Positions 1-10,585 are shown, numbered from the stretch's first letter. The stretch is 64,000 nucleotides of DNA from Candidatus Marinacidobacterales bacterium (GCA_965237955.1 OZ250169.1:3744001-3808000); one strand, 5' to 3'. A program made the numbers and translations. Notes: a model not told the origin generated them from the sequence alone.

Positions 1-2264
1 ACGGTCTCGTCGCTCCAGGCCGACTTGTAGTAGTAGTAGTCGTCCTTGGGGAAAGCGCAGGTGTCCATGAAGCCGAATTGTGAGCTGATGGCTGGCCAGT
101 CATAGGGAGCGGGTCCGCCGCGATTGTCGATGGCATTCCAGACGAATCCGCCCGCCACGTAATCCGTCTCGGCCACCATACGCCAGCTCCGCGCCGAAGC
201 GGTGTCGTAGGAGCTGAGATGGGCCTTCTCGTCGTCCTTGGCATAGACCCCGCGCGTCGTTCGGGCGTAGCCGGTCTCGAGGGCGACCATCGGCTGCTCC
301 GGATTCGCAGCGTGGTATTCGCGGTAATTATCCGGGTTGAACCCCCTGACATCGATGACTTCTGTCAAGTTTGCGAGACCCGCTAATAAATTGGTCTCTT
401 CAGGCGAGCGCGCGCCACCGGTCGGTCCCATGGGCCCGATGGTGGGACGGGTGGGGTCCCACCGCTTAACCACGTCTTGCATCGCCTTATACTGTTTCGT
501 TGCCTCCTCGTAGCCCTGTTTCAAACCCTCGTTGTACATGCTCCAGAGGACGATGCTGGGGTGGTTCCTGTCGCGCCGCACCAAGCTTTCCACGGTGGCC
601 AGCACCTCCTCCGAATCACCCATATGGCGATTCTCATTCATCACCAGCATTCCCAGGCGGTCGCACGCTTCCAGCACCTCCGGGGTATGCGGGTTGTGCG
701 AAGCGCGGAAGGCGTTCGCACCCATCTGTTTGAGCTTCTCTATCCGGTAAACGTTGATCCTGTCGGGCAGGGCGGCGCCCACTCCCGCGAAGTCATGGTG
801 GAGGTTGACTCCGTTGATCTTCACGTTTTTCCCGTTGAGGGAGAACCCGTTCCCGTCGAAGGTGAAATACCGTACCCCCAGCGGCGTCTCGTACCGGTCG
901 GTGACGCGCCCGCCGCTTTTTACCGTAGTCTTTACCGCATACAAGTATGGGTTCTCTAGAGACCACAGGGTCGGGTCTTGTATCGTGACGTCCTGGTTGA
1001 ATTCGTACTCCTGACCCGCTGGGATAGTCTGCTCCGCCTCGGACTCCGCCACCGTCTTCCCGTCAGTGTCGGTAACCGTGCTCGTGAGCGTGCACTCCAT
1101 CGACTCCGCGCTATCGTTGACGACGGTCGTCTGGATGTTGACCTCCGCCAGCTCGTTGGTGACCTCCGGCGAGGTGACGAAGGTCCCCCAGTGACCGACG
1201 TGCAGGGGGTCGAGCTTCGTTAGCCAGGCGTGGCGGTAGATGCCGCCGCCCTCGTACCACCAGCCCTCGTCCCAGTCCGCGTCGGCGCGCACCGTCACCA
1301 CATTCTCCCCGCCGAAGTTCGCCGCGTCGGTGATGTCGTAATAGAAGCCCGTGTAGCCGCTCCAGTGGTGACCGAGCCAATGACCGTTTACCCAGACGTC
1401 GCTATTCCGGTAGACCCCGTCGAACTCCAGCCAGATCCGCTTACCCTCGTCCGCGGCCGGGAGCTCGAAGCCGCGGCGGTACCAGCCGACGCCCTTGGGC
1501 TTGTAACCATGGTCCCTTTCGTACCAGAGCTCGCCTTCCCTTATGCCCTGGGGCTTGTCCGCCCCCTTGGGGTCGAAATCGCCCTCCACCACGAAGTCGT
1601 GGGGAACGCGGACCTCTTCCCAGCCGCTGTCGTCGAAGTCGACGGCCGCCGTCTTCACCGACCGCATCTTCGGGTCGTCTTGCCACAGGGCCGGCCTGTT
1701 GTACAGGGCCGCACCGTCGATGCCGCCGCGCCCCTCGACGTTTTCCACCAGCACCGCCAGCTCGTTCCGACCGCCATCTTCCCAGGTGTAGTTCAGATTG
1801 ATCTCGAAGGGGAAGTCCCCGCCCTCATGGTAGTAGGCTAACTCTCCGTTAACGTAGACGGTCGCGTTGTCGTCCACGGATTGAAAATAGAGCCGAGGCC
1901 TTCCGGTCGGTCCGGGCGGCAAGTCTCCGAGCTCCGTACGGAACCAGGCAAGACCCTCCTTGCCCTCGAACACGTCGCTACCCGGCTCCGTCTCCTGCCA
2001 ACCGGAGATATCGAGCCCCGGCGCCGCCATCGCTTTCGCCTCGTCCTCGCCCTTCTCGCTCGTCTTGAAGCGCCACTTGTCGATGGCCTTTCCCCGGGGC
2101 AAGGGGGTGAATCCCTCTGCCCTCCCCCGGTAGAATCGCCATCCCTCGTCCAGGAGTAGCTTCTGCCTTGGATTGTCATCCCGCGGAGCGCATGCGCTCG
2201 TTGTCAAGAATGTGGAAACGAGACCCATGGAGACACAAAGAATTAAAAAGGCTCTCGCGCTCAT
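1..2264 (-). CDS. GH2 family glycoside hydrolase (beta-galactosidase-like), copy B; runs off the window start
   Basis: Not in the ORF track because its stop lies outside the window. Manual translation from ATG 2264 gives MSARAFLILCVSMGLVSTFLTTSACAPRDDNPRQKLLLDEGWRF, with GGAAGGGG RBS. Near-identical to 2302..5181 at offset ~2908. GH2 motifs GVNLHHD and WSMYNE. Confidence 0.9.
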   Translation of the reverse strand, partial: MSARAFLILCVSMGLVSTFLTTSACAPRDDNPRQKLLLDEGWRFYRGRAEGFTPLPRGKAIDKWRFKTSEKGEDEAKAMAAPGLDISGWQETEPGSDVFEGKEGLAWFRTELGDLPPGPTGRPRLYFQSVDDNATVYVNGELAYYHEGGDFPFEINLNYTWEDGGRNELAVLVENVEGRGGIDGAALYNRPALWQDDPKMRSVKTAAVDFDDSGWEEVRVPHDFVVEGDFDPKGADKPQGIREGELWYERDHGYKPKGVGWYRRGFELPAADEGKRIWLEFDGVYRNSDVWVNGHWLGHHWSGYTGFYYDITDAANFGGENVVTVRADADWDEGWWYEGGGIYRHAWLTKLDPLHVGHWGTFVTSPEVTNELAEVNIQTTVVNDSAESMECTLTSTVTDTDGKTVAESEAEQTIPAGQEYEFNQDVTIQDPTLWSLENPYLYAVKTTVKSGGRVTDRYETPLGVRYFTFDGNGFSLNGKNVKINGVNLHHDFAGVGAALPDRINVYRIEKLKQMGANAFRASHNPHTPEVLEACDRLGMLVMNENRHMGDSEEVLATVESLVRRDRNHPSIVLWSMYNEGLKQGYEEATKQYKAMQDVVKRWDPTRPTIGPMGPTGGARSPEETNLLAGLANLTEVIDVRGFNPDNYREYHAANPEQPMVALETGYARTTRGVYAKDDEKAHLSSYDTASARSWRMVAETDYVAGGFVWNAIDNRGGPAPYDWPAISSQFGFMDTCAFPKDDYYYYKSAWSDET

Positions 2265-2301
2265 TTTGCCCCCTTCCGATCTTCCACCGTTCAGGCCCGA
2301 A

Positions 2302-5181
2302 TCACGGGACTCTCGGTCGAATCGGCGCCTTGGCCGTCGTTATCTCAACGACTGCCGTCTCGAGGCCCGAAGACTCTGCGGTCAGCTGGATCACGCCCGG
2401 CTGCTTCGTCGCCTGGATGATGACCATGGCCAAGCCGTTGAAGGCGCTGCGCTTGTCCGCCTTGTCCGCCTCGTGGCTCGAGGGGTCCCCGTTCCCCACG
2501 CCGATGATCTCCCCGGGGCCCTCTAGACTGAATTGCACCTCGTTCCCGGCGGTCGGCACGAACCGACCCTCCGCGTCGAGGATTCTGACTTTCACCAGGG
2601 AGACGTCCTCCCCGTCCGCGTTGACGCTCGAGCGGTCGGGCTCGAGTGCTATGCCGGCCGGCTCCTCCGCCGTCTCTCGCCTGGTCTCGGCGACGACCTC
2701 TCCGTCCCGGTAGCACTTGGCTTCCAGAACTCCGGGCTCCCACTCGACCTTCCACGATAGGCTCGAGTGCGGCTGCACGTCTTTTTGTCCCTGGCTCTCC
2801 CCGTTGAGAAACAGCTCGACGCTCTCGCAGTTGGTGTAGCACTGGACGTCGATCGTCTGGTCGCTTTCGTCTCTGTCGGCCCAGTTCCAGTGCGGGAATA
2901 AGTGAAGGACGGTCTCGTCGCTCCAGGCCGACTTGTAGGCGTAGTAGTCGTCCTTGGGGAAACCGCAGGTGTCCATGAGGCCGTATTGTGATGTGACGGC
3001 TGGCCAGTCAAAGGGAGCGGGCTCGCCCCGATAATCCATACCGTTCCAGACGAATCCGCCCGCGACGTAGTCCGTCTCGGCCACCGAACTCCAGCTCCGC
3101 GCCGAACCGGTGCCGTAGGAGCTGAGATAGGCCTTCTCGTCGTCCCTGGCATAGATCCCGCGCGTCGTTCGGGCGTAGCCGGTCTCGAGGGCGACCATCG
3201 GCTGATCCGGATTCGCAGCGTGGTATTCGTCGTATCTACGCGGGTTGAAACCCCTCACATCGATGACTTCTGTCAAGTTTGCGAGACCTTGTAATAAATT
3301 GGTCTCTTCAGGCGAGCGCGCGCCACCGGTCGGTCCCATGGGCCCGATGATGGGACGGGTGGGGTCCCACCGCTTGATCGCGTCCTGCATCGCTTTGTAC
3401 TGTTTCGTTGCCTCCTCGTAGCCCTGCTTCAACCCCTCGTTGTACATGCTATAGAGGACGATGCTTGGGTGGTTCCTGTCGCGCCGCACCATGCCTTCCA
3501 CAGTGGCGAGCACCTCCTCCGAATCACCCATGTGGCGATTCTCATTCATCACCAGTATCCCCAGGCGATCGGCCGCGTCCAGCACCTCCGCGGTCGGCGG
3601 GTTGTGCGCAGCGCGGTAGGCGTTCGCACCCATCTCCTTCAGCTTCTCCATCTTGTAAACGTTGATCCTGTCCGGCAAGGCGGCGCCCACTCCCGCGAAG
3701 TCATCGTGGAGGTTGACTCCGTTGATCTTCACGTTTTTCCCGTTGAGGGAGAACCCGTTCCCGTCGAAGGTGAAATACCGTACCCCCAGCGGCGTCTCGT
3801 ACCGGTCGGTGACGCGCCCGCCGCTTTTTACCGTAGTCTTTACCGCATACAAGTATGGGTTCTCTAGAGACCACAGGGTCGGGTCTTGTATCGTGACGTC
3901 CTGGTTGAATTCGTACTCCTGACCCGCTGGGATAGTCTGCTCCGCCTCGGACTCCGCCACCGTCTTCCCGTCAGTGTCGGTAACCGTGCTCGTGAGCGTG
4001 CACTCCATCGACTCCGCGCTATCGTTGACGACGGTCGTCTGGATGTTGACCTCCGCCAGCTCGTTGGTGACCTCCGGCGAGGTGACGAAGGTCCCCCAGT
4101 GACCGACGTGCAGGGGGTCGAGCTTCGTTAGCCAGGCGTGGCGGTAGATGCCGCCGCCCTCGTACCACCAGCCCTCGTCCCAGTCCGCGTCGGCGCGCAC
4201 CGTCACCACATTCTCCCCGCCGAAGTTCGCCGCGTCGGTGATGTCGTAATAGAAGCCCGTGTAGCCGCTCCAGTGGTGACCGAGCCAATGACCGTTTACC
4301 CAGACGTCGCTATTCCGGTAGACCCCGTCGAACTCCAGCCAGATCCGCTTACCCTCGTCCGCGGCCCGGAGCTCGAAGCCGCGGCGGTACCAGCCGACGC
4401 CCTTGGGCTTGTAACCATGGTCCCTGTCGTACCAGAGTTCGCCTTCCCTTTTACCCTGGGGCTTGTCCCCCCCCTTGGGGTCGAACTCGCCCCCCACCAC
4501 GAAGTCGTGGGGAACGCGGACCTCTTCCCAGCCGCTGTCGTCGAAGTCGACCGACGCCGTCTTCACCGACCGCATCTTCTGGTCGTCTTCCCACAGGGCC
4601 GGCCTGTTGTACAGGACCGTGCCGTCAATGCCGCCGCGGCCCCCGGTGTTGTGCACCAGCACCGCCAGCTCGTTCGGCCCGCCATCATTCCAGGTGTAGT
4701 TCAGATTGATCTCGAAGGGGAAGTCCCCGCCCTCATGGTAGTAGGCTAACTTCCCGTTAACGTAGACGGTCGCGTTGTCGTCCACGGATTGAAAATAGAG
4801 CCGAGGCCTTCCGGTCGGTCCGGGCGGCAAGTCTCCGAGCTCCGTACGGAACCAGGCAAGACCCTCCTTGCCCTCAAACACGTCGGTACCCGGCTCCGTC
4901 TCCTGCCAACCGGAGATATCGAGCCCGGGCGCCGCCATCGCTTCCGCCTCGTCCTCGCCCTTCTCGCTCACCTTCCAGCTCCACTTGTCGATGGTCTTTC
5001 CCCGGGGCAAGGGGGTGAATCCCTCTGCTCTCCCCCGGTAGAATCGCCATCCCTCGTCCATGAGTCGTTTCTGCCTTGGATTGTCATCCCGCGGAGCGCA
5101 TGCGCTCGTTGTCAGAAATGTGGAAATAAGACCCATGGAGACCAACAGAATCAAAAAGGCTCTCAAGCTAATTTTTCTCAT
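2302..5181 (-). CDS. GH2 family glycoside hydrolase (beta-galactosidase-like), probable lipoprotein, copy A
   Basis: Motifs FDGVY, WWYEGGGIYR, MVRRDRNHPSI, SMYNE, WNGMDYRGE, GVGNGDPS. GAGG RBS before ATG 5181. Signal ends in TSAC. Confidence 0.93.
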   Translation of the reverse strand: MRKISLRAFLILLVSMGLISTFLTTSACAPRDDNPRQKRLMDEGWRFYRGRAEGFTPLPRGKTIDKWSWKVSEKGEDEAEAMAAPGLDISGWQETEPGTDVFEGKEGLAWFRTELGDLPPGPTGRPRLYFQSVDDNATVYVNGKLAYYHEGGDFPFEINLNYTWNDGGPNELAVLVHNTGGRGGIDGTVLYNRPALWEDDQKMRSVKTASVDFDDSGWEEVRVPHDFVVGGEFDPKGGDKPQGKREGELWYDRDHGYKPKGVGWYRRGFELRAADEGKRIWLEFDGVYRNSDVWVNGHWLGHHWSGYTGFYYDITDAANFGGENVVTVRADADWDEGWWYEGGGIYRHAWLTKLDPLHVGHWGTFVTSPEVTNELAEVNIQTTVVNDSAESMECTLTSTVTDTDGKTVAESEAEQTIPAGQEYEFNQDVTIQDPTLWSLENPYLYAVKTTVKSGGRVTDRYETPLGVRYFTFDGNGFSLNGKNVKINGVNLHDDFAGVGAALPDRINVYKMEKLKEMGANAYRAAHNPPTAEVLDAADRLGILVMNENRHMGDSEEVLATVEGMVRRDRNHPSIVLYSMYNEGLKQGYEEATKQYKAMQDAIKRWDPTRPIIGPMGPTGGARSPEETNLLQGLANLTEVIDVRGFNPRRYDEYHAANPDQPMVALETGYARTTRGIYARDDEKAYLSSYGTGSARSWSSVAETDYVAGGFVWNGMDYRGEPAPFDWPAVTSQYGLMDTCGFPKDDYYAYKSAWSDETVLHLFPHWNWADRDESDQTIDVQCYTNCESVELFLNGESQGQKDVQPHSSLSWKVEWEPGVLEAKCYRDGEVVAETRRETAEEPAGIALEPDRSSVNADGEDVSLVKVRILDAEGRFVPTAGNEVQFSLEGPGEIIGVGNGDPSSHEADKADKRSAFNGLAMVIIQATKQPGVIQLTAESSGLETAVVEITTAKAPIRPRVP

Positions 5182-5721
5182 TTTATTAACCTCGCTAAGT
5201 CTCAAATCGGCGCTCACTCCTCGTTCGCACCTTCCGCTCGCACGCTCGCTGCAGACGGCGGCGGGCCGAACTCGATGATCTATCAGTTCAACGCTGATGG
5301 CTCCTCGCGCAGGGTGCAGACGACTTTCTCAGCCTGCTAAATACTATGCCCCGTGGACGACTTTTTTATTGTCTATGACTTTTTTTCTTTGTTACACAGC
5401 CTCGCGGTTGTCCGCAGAACGAAAGTTTCCTTGGTCGATGCCGGCTGTGGGCGATGAACGAATTCCGGGCAGCGGGTCTCAGGAGAGCCTGATAAATCAC
5501 GGGATGACATCAGTTCGAATCGGTGCTCGTCATCGATTGGTTAGCCCAGCCGGTCCAAATAGATAACCCACAGATCCTGCTGAGGCGGCCCAATACCGGC
5601 GCAATCTACCATGCTTGTCGAGAGAAATACAATTTTCTCGAACCATGGCACAGACAACGGGTTCGGCGAACGGTTCAACGCCTCGCCCCCGCTGGCCGAT
5701 GACTCTCGCTTGCAGCGCCAG

Positions 5722-6936
5722 TCAAACGGCGTTTTCGAGCAGCTTCAGCAATCGCTGGATGTCGGCGGGGTTGTTGAACATGGAGATGCTCACACGTATC
5801 ATCGAAGCGTTCTTCTCTCGGAAGGTGACCACGATGGCCTCTTCCTTCAGAAGACGTTTCAGATGCTCGGGGTCTTGTCCATGAACGAAGCTCATGATGG
5901 GTGACGGGTTGCCTTTGGGCGTCCAGATCTCGAGTCCCAACCTGGCGAGGCCCTCCCGGAGCTCTCGGGCCAGCGCCACGGTGTGCTCTTCGATTCTGGA
6001 AAGACCGACCTTGTTCAAGTAGCCGAGGGCGGCGGCGAGCTGGGCGACCGCACTGTAAGCGAGTGAGGCGTACTCGTACTTCTGCGCCGTGGTCCGGAGG
6101 CGGAAACGGTACTCGGGGAGCGTCTCCGCGACCTGGGAGTGGCCGTAGCGATCGGGCCTAATGCGATCGAGGTGCTCCTCGCGGATGAAGAGCGGCGCCA
6201 CGCCGAAGTTTGCGAAAAGCCACTTGAAGGCCCCGCTGGTGAGAAAGTCCACGCCCTGCTCGGTGAGGTTGGTGGGGAAGTGGCCGAGCGCCTGGACGGC
6301 GTCCGTGTAGAGGAGGGCACCTTTGGCGTGAGCGAGCTCCGCCAGGGCGCGGAGGTCGTGTCGATAGCCGTTGCGGTTCGACACCCAGGCCACGGAAACG
6401 AGCCGGGTCCTCTGGTCGATGCGCGCTTCGAAATCTTCGATCCGCGCCCGGCCCTCCTTCTGGGGAACGATGCGGAGCTCGATGCCCCGCTCCTTTTCGA
6501 GCTGCCGGTAGAGGACGAAGGTTGTAGTAAAGTGGAGCTCGTCCACAACGACGTTGTCGCCGGCTTGAAGATCGAGGCCGTGAGTGACGACGTTCTCTCC
6601 GTCGCTCGTCGAGTAGAGAAGAGCTACCTCCTCCGGCTTGGCGCCGAAGAGCTCAGCAAAGCTGGCGCGCGCCATCTCTTTGTTCTCCAATCGACGACGG
6701 CTATCCGCCCACAGCAACTTTTCGTCGGCGTACTCGACGGCCGCGTCTCTCACCACCGTCGGCATCGGGCCGATCCAGGCGGTGTTGAGAAACGTCTGGT
6801 TCCGGGTGACGGGAAAATCGGCGCGCACCCCGAGCGGATCTTCGGCGGGAGGGGCCGCCATACCGCGTACGGTCGGGAGCGAGGCCAGCCCGGCGGCGGT
6901 CGTCCTGAGGAAGCTACGGCGGTCCAGTAAGCTCAT
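5722..6936 (-). CDS. Class V PLP-dependent aminotransferase/cysteine desulfurase-like protein with Tat signal
   Basis: MSLLDRRSFL twin-Arg signal. DAVQALG and SGAFKWL (PLP lysine) motifs. GGAGA RBS before ATG 6936. Confidence 0.85.
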   Translation of the reverse strand: MSLLDRRSFLRTTAAGLASLPTVRGMAAPPAEDPLGVRADFPVTRNQTFLNTAWIGPMPTVVRDAAVEYADEKLLWADSRRRLENKEMARASFAELFGAKPEEVALLYSTSDGENVVTHGLDLQAGDNVVVDELHFTTTFVLYRQLEKERGIELRIVPQKEGRARIEDFEARIDQRTRLVSVAWVSNRNGYRHDLRALAELAHAKGALLYTDAVQALGHFPTNLTEQGVDFLTSGAFKWLFANFGVAPLFIREEHLDRIRPDRYGHSQVAETLPEYRFRLRTTAQKYEYASLAYSAVAQLAAALGYLNKVGLSRIEEHTVALARELREGLARLGLEIWTPKGNPSPIMSFVHGQDPEHLKRLLKEEAIVVTFREKNASMIRVSISMFNNPADIQRLLKLLENAV

Positions 6937-6985
6937 GGGAATCTCTCCTTTCCGATCAGCGCCGTTGTTAGAGACGCCATTGCTT

Positions 6986-7095
6986 TGCGTTTTCGAATGG
7001 TTGGACCGAAGAGGGCGTAAGCGTAGGAGCTTCTCCTGGGAGAAGATGGCCGAAATCCCGCACCGTATCCACAATCCGCGGCGCCGGATCACGCG
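6986..7095 (+). pseudogene. Possible remnant of a group II intron RT/maturase C-terminus
   Basis: Translates CVFEWLDRRGRKRRSFSWEK..., resembling maturase domain X (WLxRRxxxRSFxW). No start and no RT core. Confidence 0.35.
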
Positions 7096-7112
7096 CCAGA
7101 ACGGCAGCGATG

Positions 7113-8681
7113 CTACGGCTCCTGCGTCGGCTCGCTCGCCGACCCGTTCGAGGCTTGGATAAACGCAGCCACGTCGCGCTTGAACTGCCGAAGAACCTCC
7201 GGACGTATGTACATCATGTGCCCGGCCTCGTAATAGCCCATGCTCACCCGCTCGCGGTACGTTGGCTCATACCCAAGGTGATCGAACGTCCACTCCGTGG
7301 CGGCAAATACCGTGGCCACATCGTAGTAGCCGTTCGCGACGAACACGCGCAGGAAGGGATTACGCGCCATCACGTAGCGGAGGGAATCAGTTAGATTGAG
7401 GTAGCGGCCCTGAGGGTATTCCCACTTGCGCCCGAAGTCATACGAGCGGTATTGAAGGTCCGTCTCCCACTTCAGCTCGCGCCGCACGTAGTCGTTGAAC
7501 ATCGCCGTGAAGGCGCCACCCACTGCCGTGTCCGAGGGATCGAACTCTTGCTCCTCGCCGGCCGCGTCGGCGTCGATGCCAGTGAACCGGCTGTCGAGAC
7601 GCCCGACCATCAAGCGTCGATCACGCAGCAGCTCTTTGCGGAATCGTTTTGGGTTGACCCTCAGGTTAGCGTGTGCGATGTACTGGGGCGACAGGCCGGT
7701 GTAGCGCGCCACCTTCTCCGCCATGGCCTCGTTCTCCTCGCGGCTCAGCCGATTCCCTTTGGTGAGCGCGAGCAGGTATTCGCCGAATGCGAAAGCACGG
7801 GCTTTGGCAACAACTTCCTCGAGCTCGCCCTGGAGGTCTGCCGGCAGCTTCTTGTGATACCAGGCAGTCGCCGTGTAGGTGGGCAGGAAGAAGACGTAAT
7901 GCATGTCGTTGGCGGGTGCCTCCCTAAGCGTCATGAAGTCGAGGACCGAGGACACCAGGACGATGCCATTGAGCTCGATTTTTAGGCGCGCTTGCAAATC
8001 GGCGGCGACCCCCGCGGATCGCACCGTTCCATAGCTCTCGCCAAGGAGGTACTTCGGTGACGCCCAGCGGTCGAACCGGGTGATGTAGAGCTGGATGAAC
8101 TCGGAGAAGAACTCGATGTCCTGGTGGACGCCGTAGAACTGTTTTAGGTCCTCGCCTTCGGCCGCCCGGGTGAAGCCGGTCGCGACCGGGTCAATCGCCA
8201 CCAGATCCGTGACATCGAGCAGCGAGTCCCCGTTGTCCACCAGACGGTACGGCGGCGCCGGCTGGAAACCTTCGCTCGCCATTGGCACCCGCCGTGGCCC
8301 GAGCGCCCCCATATGGAGCCAGATGCTAGCCGAGCCCGGGCCGCCGTTGTAAAAGAAGGTGATCGGCCGGGCGCCCCGGTCCGTCTGGCCATCGCGAACG
8401 TAGGCGACGAAGAAGACGTTCGCTCTCGGCTTGCCGTCCGGGTGGCGCAGAACGAGCGTGCCTGCCGTCGCCGTGTAGGGAACCTCGGCGCCGCCGATAC
8501 GCACGCTGTGGGACGTGGTGGAGAGCTTGTCCTCCGCGACGACTGCCGCTTCGGATTCCGAGGACTCGCTCGTCGTAGCGTCGGGTGTCGGCTGCTGTGC
8601 TCGCGCCGGTTCGAGTGTCACCGCCCAGAGAAATGAGACCATTGCCAGGAGAACGAGGTTTTCAGGCCTTCGTGCGCGCAT
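7113..8681 (-). CDS. Peptidase S10 family serine carboxypeptidase
   Basis: NGGPGSAS, GESYG (catalytic Ser), GYYDVAT and AGHMMY motifs; N-terminal signal peptide. Confidence 0.92.
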   Translation of the reverse strand: MRARRPENLVLLAMVSFLWAVTLEPARAQQPTPDATTSESSESEAAVVAEDKLSTTSHSVRIGGAEVPYTATAGTLVLRHPDGKPRANVFFVAYVRDGQTDRGARPITFFYNGGPGSASIWLHMGALGPRRVPMASEGFQPAPPYRLVDNGDSLLDVTDLVAIDPVATGFTRAAEGEDLKQFYGVHQDIEFFSEFIQLYITRFDRWASPKYLLGESYGTVRSAGVAADLQARLKIELNGIVLVSSVLDFMTLREAPANDMHYVFFLPTYTATAWYHKKLPADLQGELEEVVAKARAFAFGEYLLALTKGNRLSREENEAMAEKVARYTGLSPQYIAHANLRVNPKRFRKELLRDRRLMVGRLDSRFTGIDADAAGEEQEFDPSDTAVGGAFTAMFNDYVRRELKWETDLQYRSYDFGRKWEYPQGRYLNLTDSLRYVMARNPFLRVFVANGYYDVATVFAATEWTFDHLGYEPTYRERVSMGYYEAGHMMYIRPEVLRQFKRDVAAFIQASNGSASEPTQEP

Positions 8682-9021
8682 CGAAATACCTCCAGACGTG
8701 GATGTGAGCGGGGACTATACCATGATGGGTTCTTCGAGACGAACCATCGCTTTCAGCGGGCTCGATGGTAGTTTTCGCTCTGTCTGAAACGTCGTTCTCA
8801 AGATCGGAGCCAGACACAACATTCAGGTTACTCCCATGTCTCCACGACAAGAGCAGGTCGATGCGCTCCTGGGAAATCAGACCACGTTCTCGGAGAAGGC
8901 GGAGGAGCTTTTAACGGAAAAGGAGCTCGGCTTGATGAGGATCGACGTAGGGAATAGGAAGCCACTCGCCGTCGGGTTTCCAAACGCCTCTGGAGACGAT
9001 GGAATGGATATTGTGGGTCCA

Positions 9022-9051
9022 TTGACACACAAGAGCGGGTGTCGCTATAGT
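9022..9051 (+). promoter_or_regulatory. Sigma70-like promoter
   Basis: TTGACA-18 bp-TATAGT upstream of the polysaccharide export gene. Confidence 0.5.
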
Positions 9052-9125
9052 CGGCTTCCGCTCGTATTCGGGAGCACGCGGAACGACAAAGTGTCGTTGG
9101 GGGGGGCTCTACGGCAACAAACTAC

Positions 9126-9498
9126 ATGCGCAGCACGAACCGAAGGGTGGCCGTGTCGCTCTTGCTCACCTGTTTCTGGTGCGTATTCACGGCGGACGGC
9201 CAATCTCAGTCTCGCGAGGACGGAAACGGCGCCGTGCCTGCTCAGTACGACATTGAACCACCCGGTATCGATCCCGCTCTTTTTTTCGGCACGGCGAATG
9301 CGGACTCCGCTCAATATCGATTGGGCCCCGAAGACGTGCTGGAGATCTCCGTGTTCGACATGGAGCAGTTCAACCGCACGGTTCGAGTCTCGGGAGCGGG
9401 CACCATCGATCTCCCGTTGGTGGGATTGATCGACGTACAAGGCCTGATTCCGGAGCGAGCTGCTGCCCGCGTCGCCGAAAGGCTACGCGACGATTTCG
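9126..9498 (+). pseudogene. Polysaccharide export (Wza/Poly_export) protein truncated by IS5
   Basis: YRLGPEDVLEISVF...GTIDLPLVG Poly_export motif; the frame runs into the IS end at 9499. Confidence 0.8.
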
Positions 9499-10585
9499 TG
9501 CCTTGGTGCACAACTCGCGATCTCGGTCCACAATTGTCCTTTACTCACGGATTCGAGGTTCCCCATGAGCATTTTCAAACGCACTCAGCGGAAGTATGTG
9601 AAGAAGGCCTATCGCGTGAGGAATTGGCGTGAATATGAGGCGGGTCTACGCAACCGTGGGAGCCTGACCGTCTGGATCTCGCTCACCGCCGGCAAGCTTG
9701 TGAACTGGGACGCACCCCGGCCGAGGAGGAGGAAACCGGGCCGTCAACGCAAGTACTCGAACCACGCCATCGAGACGGCTGTCACCCTGGGCATGGTGTT
9801 TCATCTGTCATCTAGGCAGAGCGAGGGATTGCTGCGATCGTTGTTCGCTCTGATGAAGCTAGACAATGATGTGCCCGATCACACCACGATCTCGAGGCGT
9901 AAGGCGAAGCTGGGTAAGGTCCCCTTCTACCAAGACAAGCAGAAGACGCCGTTGCACATCTTGATCGACAGCAGCGGTCTCGCTGTCCACGCCGGCCAGC
10001 TGCGCAGAGCACCAAAGAGCAGGGACTATCGCAAGCTCCATCTGTGTGTCGACGAGCAGAGTGGCGAAGTCGTCGCCGGCGAGCTGACGAGCAAAAGAGC
10101 CCGCGATTCATCGCGGGTTGCATCGCTTGTCGGACAGATCGACAGTCCCATCTCATCGGCCAGAGCTGACACCGCATACGACGCCGGCGGCGTCTATGAG
10201 GCAATCGAGAATCACAGCGCTCATTGCTCGCCGAGGGTGCTGATACCGCCGCGCAAGGGCGCCCAGCTCGCATCGGGGCCGGCGAGCAGCCGACAGCGCA
10301 ATCGCAACATTGCAGCACAAGCTCGGCTCGGCAAACGAAAGTGGCACACAGAATCGGGCTACAGCAAACGGAGCAAAGTCGAGACAACGTTCCATCGCTA
10401 CAAGGCTATCGTGGGCTCAGCGATGCGAGCGAGAGGGTTGGCGGCACAGAGAGTCGAGGCAAGGATCGGGTGCAAGATTCTCAACACCATGACGGCGCTC
10501 GGGATGCCTGATAGCGAGATGATCGGATGATGGGAGTCGGGGCCAAGCGAGCTATCGGCCTCTATCGGAGTTGTGCACCAAGGCA
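9499..10585 (+). mobile_element. IS5 family (IS903-like) element, copy 1
   Basis: 18-bp terminal inverted repeats TGCCTTGGTGCACAACTC / GAGTTGTGCACCAAGGCA. No target duplication visible. Confidence 0.92.
9565..10530 (+). CDS. IS5 family transposase
   Basis: NWREYEAGLRNRGSLTVW, PDHTTISRR, IDSSG, ADTAYD and YSKRSKVET motifs. Confidence 0.93.
   Translation: MSIFKRTQRKYVKKAYRVRNWREYEAGLRNRGSLTVWISLTAGKLVNWDAPRPRRRKPGRQRKYSNHAIETAVTLGMVFHLSSRQSEGLLRSLFALMKLDNDVPDHTTISRRKAKLGKVPFYQDKQKTPLHILIDSSGLAVHAGQLRRAPKSRDYRKLHLCVDEQSGEVVAGELTSKRARDSSRVASLVGQIDSPISSARADTAYDAGGVYEAIENHSAHCSPRVLIPPRKGAQLASGPASSRQRNRNIAAQARLGKRKWHTESGYSKRSKVETTFHRYKAIVGSAMRARGLAAQRVEARIGCKILNTMTALGMPDSEMIG

Noticed and set aside
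5200-5720. 500-bp intergenic region as a riboswitch or ncRNA
   Set aside because: No recognisable motif or convincing stems by eye; an Rfam scan would be needed.
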